From Cenococcum geophilum (Eukaryota): a stretch of DNA of 64,000 bases. The stretch is taken from positions 11,718,001 through 11,782,000 of the forward strand of contig CP158635.1 of the NCBI GenBank assembly GCA_050273025.1. The letters are read 5' to 3'. The stretch's first letter is position 1. Each line of letters starts with the position of its first letter. Under the pieces are notes generated by a model. It was not told the origin of the DNA, searched no databases, and was given only the letters and a program-made list of their open reading frames with translations. Made by a program: the position numbers and the translations under genes. Shown here piece after piece: positions 1-11,602 of this stretch.

Positions 1-1547
1 CTGAAATGACATCAGATCAATGGAATCAGGCAGAACAAATCTGCTGTGACGAACTGAGGCATTTCCTGAGAGCGGGTGGCAAAGCTCCACAACAATATGA
101 GCTGCCCGATTCAAAGAAGCAATCTTGTGACGAACTCCTATCCCGGACATTGGATGTGCTGGACGGAGCCGCAGGGGGGAAGCATCTACATGAGTTCCCA
201 CTTTTCCTCCTCGCTGACGATGTCAGCAAAGGCGGTCGATTTGCGATGAATAGGCACTGGCTTACGATTCTTGACTGCATTCGGTGGTTGCTTTCACGTC
301 AGTGGTGGACTCGAGTATGGACTCTGCAAGAAGCCGTCTTGCCCCAGGTCGATTCCTTCATACACGCTTATCCATACTCGTTCCGCATATCAAGGCTGCT
401 GAATGGCATTCAATCTATGATGGACCACCGTCTTGAGTGCTGCAAGGACCTAGGAAGACTCTTTCTTGGAGAATATCAGAGCTTTCCCTTCTACCAGTAC
501 ACTCGAGCTTACGCCCTGCATGGCCATCGCAAGAGATTTACAGAATCGGAATCGCAATGGCTGTCTCTTGAAGAAGCCATTAGTTCAGCTCAGGGACGGA
601 AAGCTACTGATCTACGAGATCATTTCTTCGGGATACTAGGGTTGCTACCTCCAGAGTGGCAAGATGGTTGGTTCTACAATCAGGGTTACTCATGCACCAC
701 CGCTGAAATATTTGGTCAATGCGCCAAATTACTTTATACCAATTACGACAGCCTTGGACCACTCAGCGACGCAATCGGTGTTAGAAGAAGTATGGTTAGC
801 GACTTGCCCTCATGGGCTATTGATCTCAGCAACCAGCTTCCTGACGGTGAAGACGACAACAATCGCTGGGAGCTCTACGATGCATCCCGTCAGTCACGCT
901 TTGAAGGAGTCGGGTTCATGCATGAATTGACGGGCCTAGATCTATCGATTAAGATGATCCCGATAGGAACAGTGCATGCCTGTGCTAGGCGGGTGTCTCA
1001 AGACGAACTGAATTCAAATCGCACATCTAATGTGGTGCTCAGCCACGTATCTGAATGGCAGCGGCTATACAAAGACTGCGCGGATCCTCCTGACAACGAC
1101 AAGTTTTGGAGGGCTGCCTTCATGGATAGAGACATCTGGAGATACTGGCTGCACGAAAGGAAACCGCTGCCTTGGCAGAGGCTGGCCGATATAAAGCAAT
1201 GGTGGAGAAGCTGGAGCGAAACGGGAGACAATCGAGATCTCACCGTAGACAAGCAGGCTGGTGACGGTAGCCATGGAGACTATCACTATAGAGCGCTTAA
1301 GCTCAATGCAAAGAACCATCGGTTCTTTTGTACAGCCAAAGGTGAGCCGGGACTCGGACCCCATTTTATGCAACCTTCAGACGAGGTATGCGTGCTTGCG
1401 GGCTGTCGGGCACCTGCTGTTCTACGACGTGTAATGAGGGATGGAAAAGATGCTTTCTTGTTTGTTGGTCTTTGCTTCGTCGACGGGTGGATGTACGGAG
1501 AGGCTACACTTGGTCGTCCAAAATGGCAGACTGTAACATTGCATTGA
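1..1547 (+). CDS. HET-domain (HET-6/PF06985-like) heterokaryon incompatibility protein, 5'-truncated by the window edge
   Basis: ORF 6..1547 contains WWTRVWTLQEAVL, ATDLRDHFFGILGL, LPSWAIDL and the typical C-terminus RFFCTAKGEPGLGP...QPSDEVCVLAGCRAPAVLR...FVGLCFVDGWMYGEA. The N-terminal half of the HET domain is absent, so it lies upstream. Confidence 0.88.
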   Translation, partial: EMTSDQWNQAEQICCDELRHFLRAGGKAPQQYELPDSKKQSCDELLSRTLDVLDGAAGGKHLHEFPLFLLADDVSKGGRFAMNRHWLTILDCIRWLLSRQWWTRVWTLQEAVLPQVDSFIHAYPYSFRISRLLNGIQSMMDHRLECCKDLGRLFLGEYQSFPFYQYTRAYALHGHRKRFTESESQWLSLEEAISSAQGRKATDLRDHFFGILGLLPPEWQDGWFYNQGYSCTTAEIFGQCAKLLYTNYDSLGPLSDAIGVRRSMVSDLPSWAIDLSNQLPDGEDDNNRWELYDASRQSRFEGVGFMHELTGLDLSIKMIPIGTVHACARRVSQDELNSNRTSNVVLSHVSEWQRLYKDCADPPDNDKFWRAAFMDRDIWRYWLHERKPLPWQRLADIKQWWRSWSETGDNRDLTVDKQAGDGSHGDYHYRALKLNAKNHRFFCTAKGEPGLGPHFMQPSDEVCVLAGCRAPAVLRRVMRDGKDAFLFVGLCFVDGWMYGEATLGRPKWQTVTLH

Positions 1548-1728
1548 GGTCGACTACAGGAATTATAATAATATCACAGGATTTACATTGCTAATTCCTA
1601 ATGAGTTTCTTAGGGACATAGCCTTAGGAATCCGCGTGCGGAGCCTGCTTTCAGGAATCGTGACACATGGTGCTTTAACAGTGATAAGTATTTGAGCGAA
1701 TGAGGTATTTATTGGGCTAGGCGCCAGA

Positions 1729-2002
1729 GCAAACCTGGCGTCGACGTACAAGAACCAAGGGCGGTGGAAGGAGGCCGAAGAGCTGTTTGTGCAAGTGAAG
1801 GACACAAGTTTAAGGGTGCTTGGGGCCGAGCATCCAGACACGCTAACCAGCATAAACAACCTCGCATTTACATTTAAGGCCCAAGGCCTCAACAAAGAAG
1901 TTACCTCACTGATAAAAAATGCTTCCACCTGCTGAAATAGGTTCTTGGTGCTTAGCATCCATATATAAACATTATTGCTTGAAATTCTAAATAAGTGGTA
2001 AT
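1729..2002 (+). pseudogene. Fragment of kinesin-light-chain-like TPR repeats (C-terminus of a fungal NLR-type NB-ARC/NACHT-TPR gene), degenerate
   Basis: Manual translation gives ANLASTYKNQGRWKEAEELFVQVKDTSLRVLGAEHPDTLTSINNLAFTFKAQG, then a frameshift to KCFHLLK*VLGA*HPY (CAG>TAG stops). No start codon or NTPase domain is present upstream. Confidence 0.85.
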
Positions 2003-2440
2003 TGGGGAACATGGGGATCGGGCTTTAAGGCGAATTTATTTCGTGGGTCACATATTAAAAATCTATTTTATTTAAAGCAGCAGACTAAAGCTAGTGTAAA
2101 TGCGGACCGAGCTGCGTAAGCAAGTTTATAAATGATATCTAATAGTAATAAAATTAATTTTCTACTAGATATCGCCACCACAAACAGGGAGGGCGGCCGA
2201 CCCGCTCCAGCCATACCCTTGTTTTAGCTGTTGTTTTGCGCGGAGGACGAGAGAATTCCAGCTAGAAAGCATTTCCGCGTATCAACCAAAGATTAGCAGG
2301 TTAATCGGCAAAGCTTGGCACTGTTGCTGTCCACATTGCTAGCGGGAGCGCTAAGAGGCTCTCCTCATTCAAGCTTAAACCATGCGGTCTTGGAATAGAT
2401 CCAAAACCGGGAACCGAAATGAGATCTGTAGCGAGAACTA

Positions 2441-2927
2441 CGGAGGTACAGCCCATAATGTTTGTAATAGCGCTAGCAAGGGGGGGTCAATAGGCCTCAT
2501 AACACCAAAATCTACCTCGACGCGTACAGAATACATGTTCTATATAGAACACGCTCTATATAGTACCTATACGTTCTACACAAGTATTATAATGGCAGAG
2601 AACTAGAACTAGTAGCCTATAGAGCCTATAGGGCCTATGCTATACCCTCCAATCCGCTACCGAAAAACTCTAACTCTTACTCGTAACTAGCGACGCGACT
2701 ACCAATTACTATACGATATTGGGTGGTTATACAATTCGATAGGTTGGAATAGCATGTGGACCTTAAGGTAAAGCTTTTATAAAGTACTAGATATATATAG
2801 ACAATATACAGAGTAATGGATTTGAAGATTTTGGTGTTATGAGGCCTATTACTTTATTAGGATAAGTCGATTGCAGCAGGGGCGCCCCTTGCTAGCGCTA
2901 TTACAAACATTATGGGCTGTACCTCCG
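2441..2927. mobile_element. Non-autonomous MITE (Tc1/mariner-like, TA target duplication) with bipartite terminal inverted repeats
   Basis: TA|CGGAGGTACAGCCCATAATGTTTGTAATAGCGCTAGCAAGGGG (from 2441) is the reverse complement of 2885-2927, which is followed by TA. A second inner inverted pair is AATAGGCCTCATAACACCAAAATCT (2489-2513) / AGATTTTGGTGTTATGAGGCCTATT (2826-2850). The interior is TpA-rich with no coding capacity. Confidence 0.88.
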
Positions 2928-3186
2928 TAACGGAGGTGATAGGGTTATGACGGTCGGCTACTACCGCCTTCCTGATGTAGATGGAACACCAAAATACTGC
3001 CAGAAGTAGCCATTGGGTCGTGCACGATATGACGGCGTGCACGACCCAGGTGGTCACCCACGTTAATTGGTTCTCGGATACGAAGTAGGACCACCATTGT
3101 TCGGCCCGAAGAAAAGCCAATCTCCGAAAAAACTCCAAAACATTTGGAGCGAGCATTTCAACTCATGCTCTTCAAGCTCAGCAGAA

Positions 3187-5051
3187 ATGTTGCTTCCACG
3201 GGTTGGGGCCACTTTGGCTCGCCCAGTATGGGGTTCGAGGCTGCAATGGCGGCATATGTAAGCTCTAAAACCCCAACTGATTGTCAGTGTCTGTTTTATG
3301 TATGTTAATGAGCTTCTAGGAAGGCACTTTCAACATCGTCCCACTTCCGGACTAAGTCCAATGAGGATTTAAATACTGTCAGCAAGTATATTACTCAACC
3401 GAAATCACAAGGCGCTTCCCAGGCCATGCTGTACGCCACGGGACTAAAAGATGAGGATCTAAGCAAGGCACAAGTCGGCATTTCATCCGTGTGGTACTCC
3501 GGAAATCCCTGTAACATGCACCTGCTGGAACTAAACAACAAAGTGAAAGAAGGAGTACAAAGAGCCGGGCTCGTGGGGATGCAATTCAATACCATTGGTG
3601 TGAGCGACGGCATTTCAATGGGTACAAAGGGAATGCGGTACTCTCTCCAATCTCGAGACTTGATTGCGGATTCAATCGAGACGGTCATGGGTGGGCAATG
3701 GTATGATGCAAATATCTCCATCCCTGGATGTGATAAGAACATGCCTGGAGTTATTATGGCAATGGGAAGAGTGAACAGGCCTTCGTTGATGGTCTATGGA
3801 GGAACGATCCAACCTGGCTGCGCAAAGACCATGGGGAATCAGCATATTGACATTGTCTCAGCATTCCAAGCATATGGCCAGTTCATCACAGGCGAGATCA
3901 GTGAAGAAACCAGATTTGATATCATCCGACATGCGTGCCCTGGACAAGGCGCGTGCGGAGGCATGTATACGGCAAATACTATGGCTACCGCAATTGAAGT
4001 CATGGGCATGTCACTTCCCGGGTCGTCTTCAAACCCTGCAGACTCCAAAGCGAAACAGCTTGAATGCTTGGCTGCTGGTGGTGCAATTAAGGAACTCCTG
4101 AAGCAAGATATTCGGCCAAAGGACATTCTGACCCGCCAAGCTTTCGAGAATGCTATGGTGTTGGTTAACATCACAGGCGGGTCGACAAATGCAGTGCTTC
4201 ATCTAATCGCCATCGCGGATTCCGTAGGCATTAAGCTGACGATTGACGATTTCCAGAGTGTCAGCGACCGCATCCCATTCCTTGCAGACCTTAAGCCATC
4301 CGGAAAATATGTTATGGCAGATATCAATGACATTGGCGGTACTCCCGCAGTTTTGAGGTTTCTCCTTAAAGAAGGCCTCATTGACGGCAGTGGAATAACC
4401 GTAACTGGCAAGACGCTTAAAGAGAACTTGGAAAACGCTCCTTCTTTCCCAGCTGATCAGGATATCATCCGACCCCTAAGTAACCCCATCAAGAAGACTG
4501 GACACATACAGATTCTACGTGGCAACCTTGCCCCAGGCGGGTGCGTTGGGAAGATCACTGGAAAGGAGGGGCTTCGGTTCGTTGGAAAGGCCAAAGTCTA
4601 TGACGCTGAAGATGATTTTATCACTGCCCTTGAAGCGGGTGAAATCAAACAGGGCGAGAAGACTGTCGTTGTTATCCGCTATGAAGGTCCAAAGGGCGGC
4701 CCCGGCATGCCAGAGATGCTGAAGCCGAGCTCTGCGATCATGGGTGCTGGTCTTGGCAAGGACGTTGCGTTGCTCACCGATGGTCGATTCAGCGGTGGTA
4801 GCCACGGTTTCTTGATTGGCCATATTGTACCTGAGGCTCAAGAGGGTGGTCTCATTGGGCTTGTTAGAGATGGTGATGAGATTACGATTGATGCAGAGAC
4901 GAGAGAATTGAATGTGAGCGTGAGTGAAGAGGAGATAGAGAGTCGGAGACAGGAGTGGACAGCACCACCATTGAAATACTCGAAAGGCACCCTATTCAAG
5001 TATGCGAAGTTGGTGCAGGACGCTAGTCATGGGTGCATCACCGATGCTTAG
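3187..5051 (+). CDS. ILV3: Mitochondrial dihydroxy-acid dehydratase (branched-chain amino acid biosynthesis)
   Basis: Motifs [50 protein letters not shown] and [11 protein letters not shown]. Predicted exon 1 (3187-3257) encodes an Arg-rich presequence [23 protein letters not shown]. Intron 3258-3319 (GTAAGC...TTCTAG) restores the frame into KALSTSS...[18 protein letters not shown]. Confidence 0.97.
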
Positions 5052-5512
5052 GGAAATTCTTGAAGCCTTATATATCTGTGGCTTTGCCTGGGTGGTAAAA
5101 AGTAGGAGTTGGAGTATTTGGAATCTATGAAATGATACTGGGTTTGGTGCGCAATGCTGGCTTTCTATGTTGCCCTTCACTAACAAAATATTGTCATAGT
5201 GACTACTCTAGTAGGATTTTGTAGAATGATCTACCAGATTAGATTATAAGTCCCATTGTTTTGTTTTTGTGATAACGTTATGAAACGTCGCCGTTGAAAA
5301 CGGCTGTGCCAAAAACGTGTGGTGGCCCGAGTGCCCATGCTCCAGAACGTCATCTTAATGTTCCAATCTAACAAAGCTTCCACCACCAGAGCTCTTCTTT
5401 CATTCTACCAATATGCACAACCCCTTATCATTCACTATGTTGACAACTATAAGATTATAGCATTCGGCGCTGGATTACCTCGTATTTTAGTATTCTACCT
5501 ACCACATCCACC

Positions 5513-7197
5513 ATGGCTTCTGCGTCCACTGCGACCGAAAGCACTCCACTGATATCGTCCATGTCACATTCTCAAAGTTCTGGCCAGTCCGGACCTTCAA
5601 AACCACAGCGGAGTGTCACTTTTAATCCTACGGTCACGACCAGCAGCCCCACTCCCTCCTCGCCCCTTCGACCTTCTTCCCAGTTCCCTGCCACCTCTGT
5701 CTCCTCTATCCCCACTAGCCATGGCGGCCAACCAATGCTATCGGCTCTGAACAGTAAACTTCGAAGACGAAATAGCTCTGGGTCACCTCTTGTTCCTCCA
5801 AACATACCTGCGCCAAAGATTGGTCCTCAAAGAACAACCAGGACTGCGCAGAAACTAAAACTTTTACCAGACCCTGAGCACGGCGAAGAAGGGCCTGATG
5901 AAGAGAGCGGTCGGGATGTATACGCACAGTTTACTCGCATAAAGGACCCCACGGCAAGGCGAGACGCCGCTCGACTCGGCAAGGCGGACCGAGAGCGTTT
6001 GCCACGGGTCACAGCATACTGTACCGCGAATTCATACCGAATGGACGACCTGATGCGGTTTCTGAAAGGAAAGGTTAAGACACGAGGGGCGGCGCCTAAG
6101 CTGTTCGATGAATGCATATACACGCCGTACACTTACAGGAAGAGCGGGCTGGAAAAAGTTGCTAGCTCTACAATGGCTGAAGAATATCCCCGAAAACGAC
6201 CAAGAAGGTATTCAGATAGCGCCGTGGAAGTGGACACACATAGTGAGCAGCGGCGAGAGGATTTGATAGACTTGCACACGCAAGGGGGGGATATTTCGTT
6301 GGATAATGGAGAGTGTTCAGTGCCAAATCACACCCCACAAGAGATGCAGCAGCATTCCGAACTCTCGCTTGCTACATTAGACTTTGATACACAAGTGCAT
6401 ACCCCGGAGGTGTTCTTATTTGACTACGGCACTGTGGTTATCTGGGGGATGACGCTGCAACAAGAGCATCGGTTTCTGAAAGAGATCGCGAAGTTTGAGG
6501 TGGAAAAGCTGAGCAAAGAGGATGTGCAAACTGAGGATTTTAACTTTTACTACACTAGGGAGTATCAGGCCAGGATATACAATGATTTTATTAGCTTAAG
6601 AGAGAAGAAGAACTACATGACCAAGCTTGCGATAAGCCATGCATTGTCGCAGAGTGTCAAGGTACACCCACTCCGGCAATCGTCTTTTTTTTGCGATGCT
6701 GATCAGCACTATAGACTTCACTTTACGAAGACCTTGTTGATAATACTATCGAAACAACTAAAGATATACCTTCGCAGATTGCCACTTCCGGGAAAGTGAA
6801 TCTCAACAAGACACAGATCAACATGCAAATCGGCGAGCTTTTCATACTCCGCATCAATATCCATCTTCAAGGCTCTGTGCTCGATGCTCCTGAGCTAATG
6901 TGGGCCGAACCACAACTCGATCCAGTCTACCAGGCTGTTCGCAGCTACCTGGAGATGGACCAAAGAGTTGGTCTTCTCACCGAACGGCTCAACGTGATTG
7001 GGGATCTGCTTGCTGTATTAAAGGACCAGTTGACGGTAACTCACGTAAGTACTTTCTCTTGAAGTGCGCCATTTGAAGATGCTAACACTATTAATATTTA
7101 GGGCGAATTGCTTGAGTGGATCGTCATCATCTTAATTTTTGCTGAGATCGTTGTGGCAGCCATCAATATCTTTGTGGACATGCATGCAGCGGACTAA
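5513..7197 (+). CDS. RMD1: RMD1/DUF155 family sporulation protein
   Basis: Motifs LPRVTAYCTA, EVFLFDYGTVVIWG, RIYNDFISL, KLAISHALSQSVK and YLEMDQRVGLLTERL, with a C-terminal TM segment LEWIVIILIFAEI. Introns 6662-6714 and 7045-7101 join ORFs 5513..6799 and 6796..7062. Stop TAA at 7195-7197. Confidence 0.92.
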
Positions 7198-7700
7198 CTT
7201 TTATCTCTGTAAAAAACCTTTTAAAAAAAATCTTTCTCTTTTTGTACCATATAAGCTTCTTGCAAGAAATCAGCAGCGCTGGATTGCATAACCGCCTGCA
7301 AGGTGTATTGGCGTTCAAAATTACAGCAGTAGCGAGCAGCCAGAAAAACAGGTCCTGTTCAAGGGGAGTACAAGACAAGCGAACGAGTTGAGATGGGTAC
7401 TTGCTCCCCAGCGAATCGTTTTTAGTGGGAGAGTCTGCATAGAGTAGAACAACCTAAAGTTGAAATTCTGTGGAAGAGATGAATCGATAAACTTGGTTGA
7501 TTAGGATAAATTTTCATTGTAGCTGGATTGCTTTGTACAGCCACTTCTCCCATCGCCATTCTCCTCGTTGAGCCACCCCCGGATTACATTGAAATAATTT
7601 TAGCGTGGCTTTTCTTTGCCAAGCACCTCTCATTGGAACCCTACCCGAAAAGCCATGAGCCTGCCATCCCGTCTACATTATTCCCAATGATCCGTTCCAG

Positions 7701-10700
7701 ATGAGTTGGAACCTGCTAGAGCGCTTCATAGAGTCGGATCACTTCAATAACGATCCATCCCTCTCAGTAGCGTACCTATCGTGAGTTTGAAGCCATTTGT
7801 ACCTCCGCAAGCTGCCGCTGCCGCGCTGCCACAAAAAGTTCAGGCTAACACTGCTGCTTATTCACAGTCGATATGCAGACCATATCGGGATCCATTACGT
7901 TTTATGTTCCAAGCTCCGCCAGTTTGCCTACGAGGAGATTGAATTCTTCCTTCCCCAGTACGATGACCATAATCTACCTTCAGAATGCTCCGGACCGTAG
8001 CTTATGTAGTGTAGATTATGCCACCTCCTCATCAGTGTCGATAATGAGTCCATGGCATTGGAGGAGTTCATAATCGATTTATGCGAAGAATCTGTTAACG
8101 GCGCTTTGCTTGTAAGTTAGACACCGTGTTCTGTGTGTTCATCTGGAGAAATCCCGCTTATTGCTAATCATACATGGCCTGTAGACTTTCTGGCTTTTCC
8201 AAACATATCTGCATGACCTTTCCGGAAACCCAGCTTCGAACTCATTTAAAACGTGTCGGAGAATATATAACAAGGTTCAACGGATAGTTTTTGGATCTGC
8301 GGAGCCGCAGCGGAGGGAAAATATCAAGGAGAATGTATTGCCAGTCATCGTGTTGTCCAGCTTAGTTCTTGCCAGTGTAGCTGCGCCGTTCCTCCCGAGA
8401 CATGCCGGACCATTAGCTGTTGCTCAAGCTCGTAAGCCTCGACCTGTAGAAGACATTATATCGGATAACGTGCAGACGGCAAGGATAGGAAGGAGTAATA
8501 CTGTCGCTGGAGCTTCTCCAAGGCCAAGAAAGCAGAAATCTCACCAAGGGCATTCGGATCCTGAGAATCAAAGGCTAGGAAAATCACCTACTCCACGTCA
8601 GAAGGAAATTCCGTCTCCGAAAGACTTGCGACGCAGGGCAACACGATCTGCGAACAGACCGCCACCTGGGTCTCACAGACCATCGCTTCTCACCGCATCA
8701 TCGAGTGAAGCCCGTCTGAGCTCTTCATCACTACCAGAATTTCGGAGTCCTGGCGTATCTCCCATTCCTACGCCGCCTGCTACCGCTGGACTGACACCAA
8801 AGGCTGAGCATATACATCGCCGACATGCACATGTTGCGAGACCGTTGACACCAACAGCATTATCGCGCGCCCAGAAGGTGCGGCTCCTACGATCAAATTA
8901 TTTCAGAAGTGAGACACAGTTTTTAAGTGCTCTGGAGGACATCTCGAACCGGCTTGTAATCGTCCCAAAGCCTGCACGTCTAAGCGCGCTGAGAGCAGAG
9001 CTCGCTCTTATTGCTCAGGATCTCCCTGCTGAGGTCGATATTCCCGTGATATGTCCTGCAGTGCTAGAGGATGGGGCCGCTGCTCGGAGTCGACATCATC
9101 GGATCGTTCGATTGAACCCTGCGGAAGCTACCAGCTTGAATAGTGCAGAGCGAGTACCGTATCTACTTATGGTAGAGGTCCTCCGGGAAGACTTCGACTT
9201 CGATCCAGATACTGAAGTCAACCAGCGGCTGCTTAGTAAACTGATGTTCGAAAAAGGAACATCCAAGCGACGCCTTTTTGATATTACGGATGCAGCAAGA
9301 AACACCCCTCAGGAGAAAGCTCCTGTTCCCGGAGTCGATAGTGTGTTTGAACCTGCGAATGGAGATCTTGGAAGTACTGCCCTCATCAAGGATCCTTCTG
9401 AAGAAGAAGATATCACAAATGTCCTATCGAGGGTGTCCCTAACGAGCACCAGCTTAGCTGGCAAAATCGCAGCACCTAGGTCATCGAGTGGAGCAAACAC
9501 CATGTCTTCAATAGCCACGGTATCTACTCCAAGGACCTCAGACATGGAAATAAGTAGAGCAAACAGTCCAGGGCCTCGCAAAATGACAATATCCATGAAC
9601 AATCGCGCCCAAGGGCCTGATCAACCGGATTTCTCAGCATTAGCTACCCACATGCGGACGGCGGCACAAATGTTGGCTCAGCTTGAGTCAAGTGGCTCGA
9701 AAAGACCGAAGACTGAGGTCGCAGCCATCAAAGCGAAGATAATTGCGAGTATGCAGAGCCTTGAGGAGCAGAGCTTCTATATGGATGACTCGAGCGCGCC
9801 GACTTTCGATAGCATTATGGCAGACGCAAATCCAGCTGCTGTTACGGCAGAGGCCGAAGAGTTTGAGGACGGAATATCTGCCGCACCCGACCCAGGATCC
9901 AGCTCCGGAGCAGGTGCTGCTCGAATGGAAAACGACTTAAAGACTGGCGGTATGCAAAGAAAGGGTGATCGGGATGACCCCAGCGCGGCCACGTTCGGGG
10001 AAGAGTGGACGGCCAAGAAAGAGCGCATACGGCGGTCATCGCCTTATGGCTGGATGAAGAATTGGGATTTGATAAGCGTCATCGTCAAAACCGGTGCTGA
10101 TCTTCGTCAGGAGGCATTTGCATGCCAGTTGATCCAGATCTGTTCCAAGATATGGCAAGACGCCCAGATCCCGGTCTGGGTCAAGCGTATGCGAATTCTA
10201 GTCACTGGTGAATCCTCTGGCCTCATTGAAACCATCACCAATGGTGTGTCTTTGCACTCTCTCAAGCGCAGCTTAACCCTCGCTGGCATAACCGCCGGTA
10301 CGAACCCCCGCAAGCGCATCGCTACACTTCGCGACCACTTTGTCAAGACGTTCGGAGAGGTGGACAGCGAAGGCTATGCCGGCGGTGTCGACGCCTTTGT
10401 ACGCTCCTTAGCCGCTTACAGCATGATCTGTTATGTTTTGCAATTGAAAGACAGGCACAACGGGAATATCCTTATCGATAATGTTGGTCACATCATCCAC
10501 ATTGACTTTGGCTTCATGCTCTCCAATTCACCAGGCAGCATGGGCTTCGAAGCAGCGCCATTCAAACTGACTCAAGAGTACGTCGATGTGCTCGGCGGCA
10601 TTGGGTCGCCTGCTTTTGAAGAGTTCAAGGCACTTTGCAAGCAAGCATTCCAGGCGCTAAGAAAGGAGGCAGAGCGTATCGTAATGTTGGTAGAGATGAT

Positions 10701-10955
10701 GGGGAAGGAGAGCAAAATGCCGTGCTTCGCAGCCGGCGTGGCGCAGGCGAGTAATGCGCTGAGGGCAAGGCTGATGCTACAGCTGAGCAAAGAGGAGGCG
10801 GAGGGGTTTGTGGATGAGTTGGTTGCAAAAAGTGTCGGGAGTTATTATACAAGGCTGTATGTTGCTGGCTCCCTCCCCTATCTTTCCTACTAACTTACTG
10901 ACGATTTGATGGCAGTTACGATACCTTCCAGTACCGCACGCAGGGCATCTATTGA
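7701..10955 (+). CDS. PIK1: Phosphatidylinositol 4-kinase type III-beta
   Basis: N-terminus MSWNLLERFIESDHFN...EIEFFLPQLCHLL. Catalytic motifs VIVKTGADLRQE, LQLKDRHNGNIL, IHIDFGF and FEAAPFKLT. C-terminus LYDTFQYRTQGIY*. Introns at 7781-7867, 7958-8014, 8112-8184 and 10857-10915. Confidence 0.95.
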
Positions 10956-11602
10956 AGGTCTTCGGCGGATTCAGTGCGGCATTTACAAGGCTATGACTTG
11001 CATTCAACGGCGCGAGTGGGTAGTGTTGCATTTCTAGGTGGCTATCAGAACAGGATGACCCTCTGTTGCACATAGAGCTCTATCACATACGATATCCTCC
11101 AATGGATGTGTTCAAAGTCCTCAAGTTTATTCCGTGTGAATCATCGATAATTTGCTCATTTTAAGACTTAATAATGCTGTAAGTGATTATGAATGCATCT
11201 CTCTGAATGTTTATCTATCGATCTGTACGTGGGAAGGAGGAAGTTCATTGGATCTTATGAAACTACTATTGGCTGCATTTGCGACCAGTCTCTGCAGTAA
11301 ATCGCGCAAATGACGTGGACAGAAGCGGACCACAGATCATACCCAATGTATGTAGAGATGTATAAACTCTTCTTAAAGAAATCCAGACCCCTAATACCGT
11401 TTGTTAGGCTTATGGAGTGCATGGGAGGACTCTCGACCGAGAAGGGTCTAGCGTTGGAGGCTGTGTACGTTGGGGCTGAGGACAAGGCCCGCTGGCTACT
11501 CTGGGATATCACCAACTTCTCAAAGTCAGCATCTGCCTTTCTTGCCAGAGCAAGCGTATCTTAGTTCTAGCATTACCGTACTCGTTCAATATCGTTAAGA
11601 CT

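Noticed and set aside
1563..2012. 149-aa minus-strand ORF
   Set aside because: It is the antisense shadow of the plus-strand TPR fragment.
11310..11564. 84-aa ORF just upstream of the second HET gene, faintly ankyrin-like (LALEAVYVGAEDKARWLL)
   Set aside because: Too short and the motif too weak to support a call.
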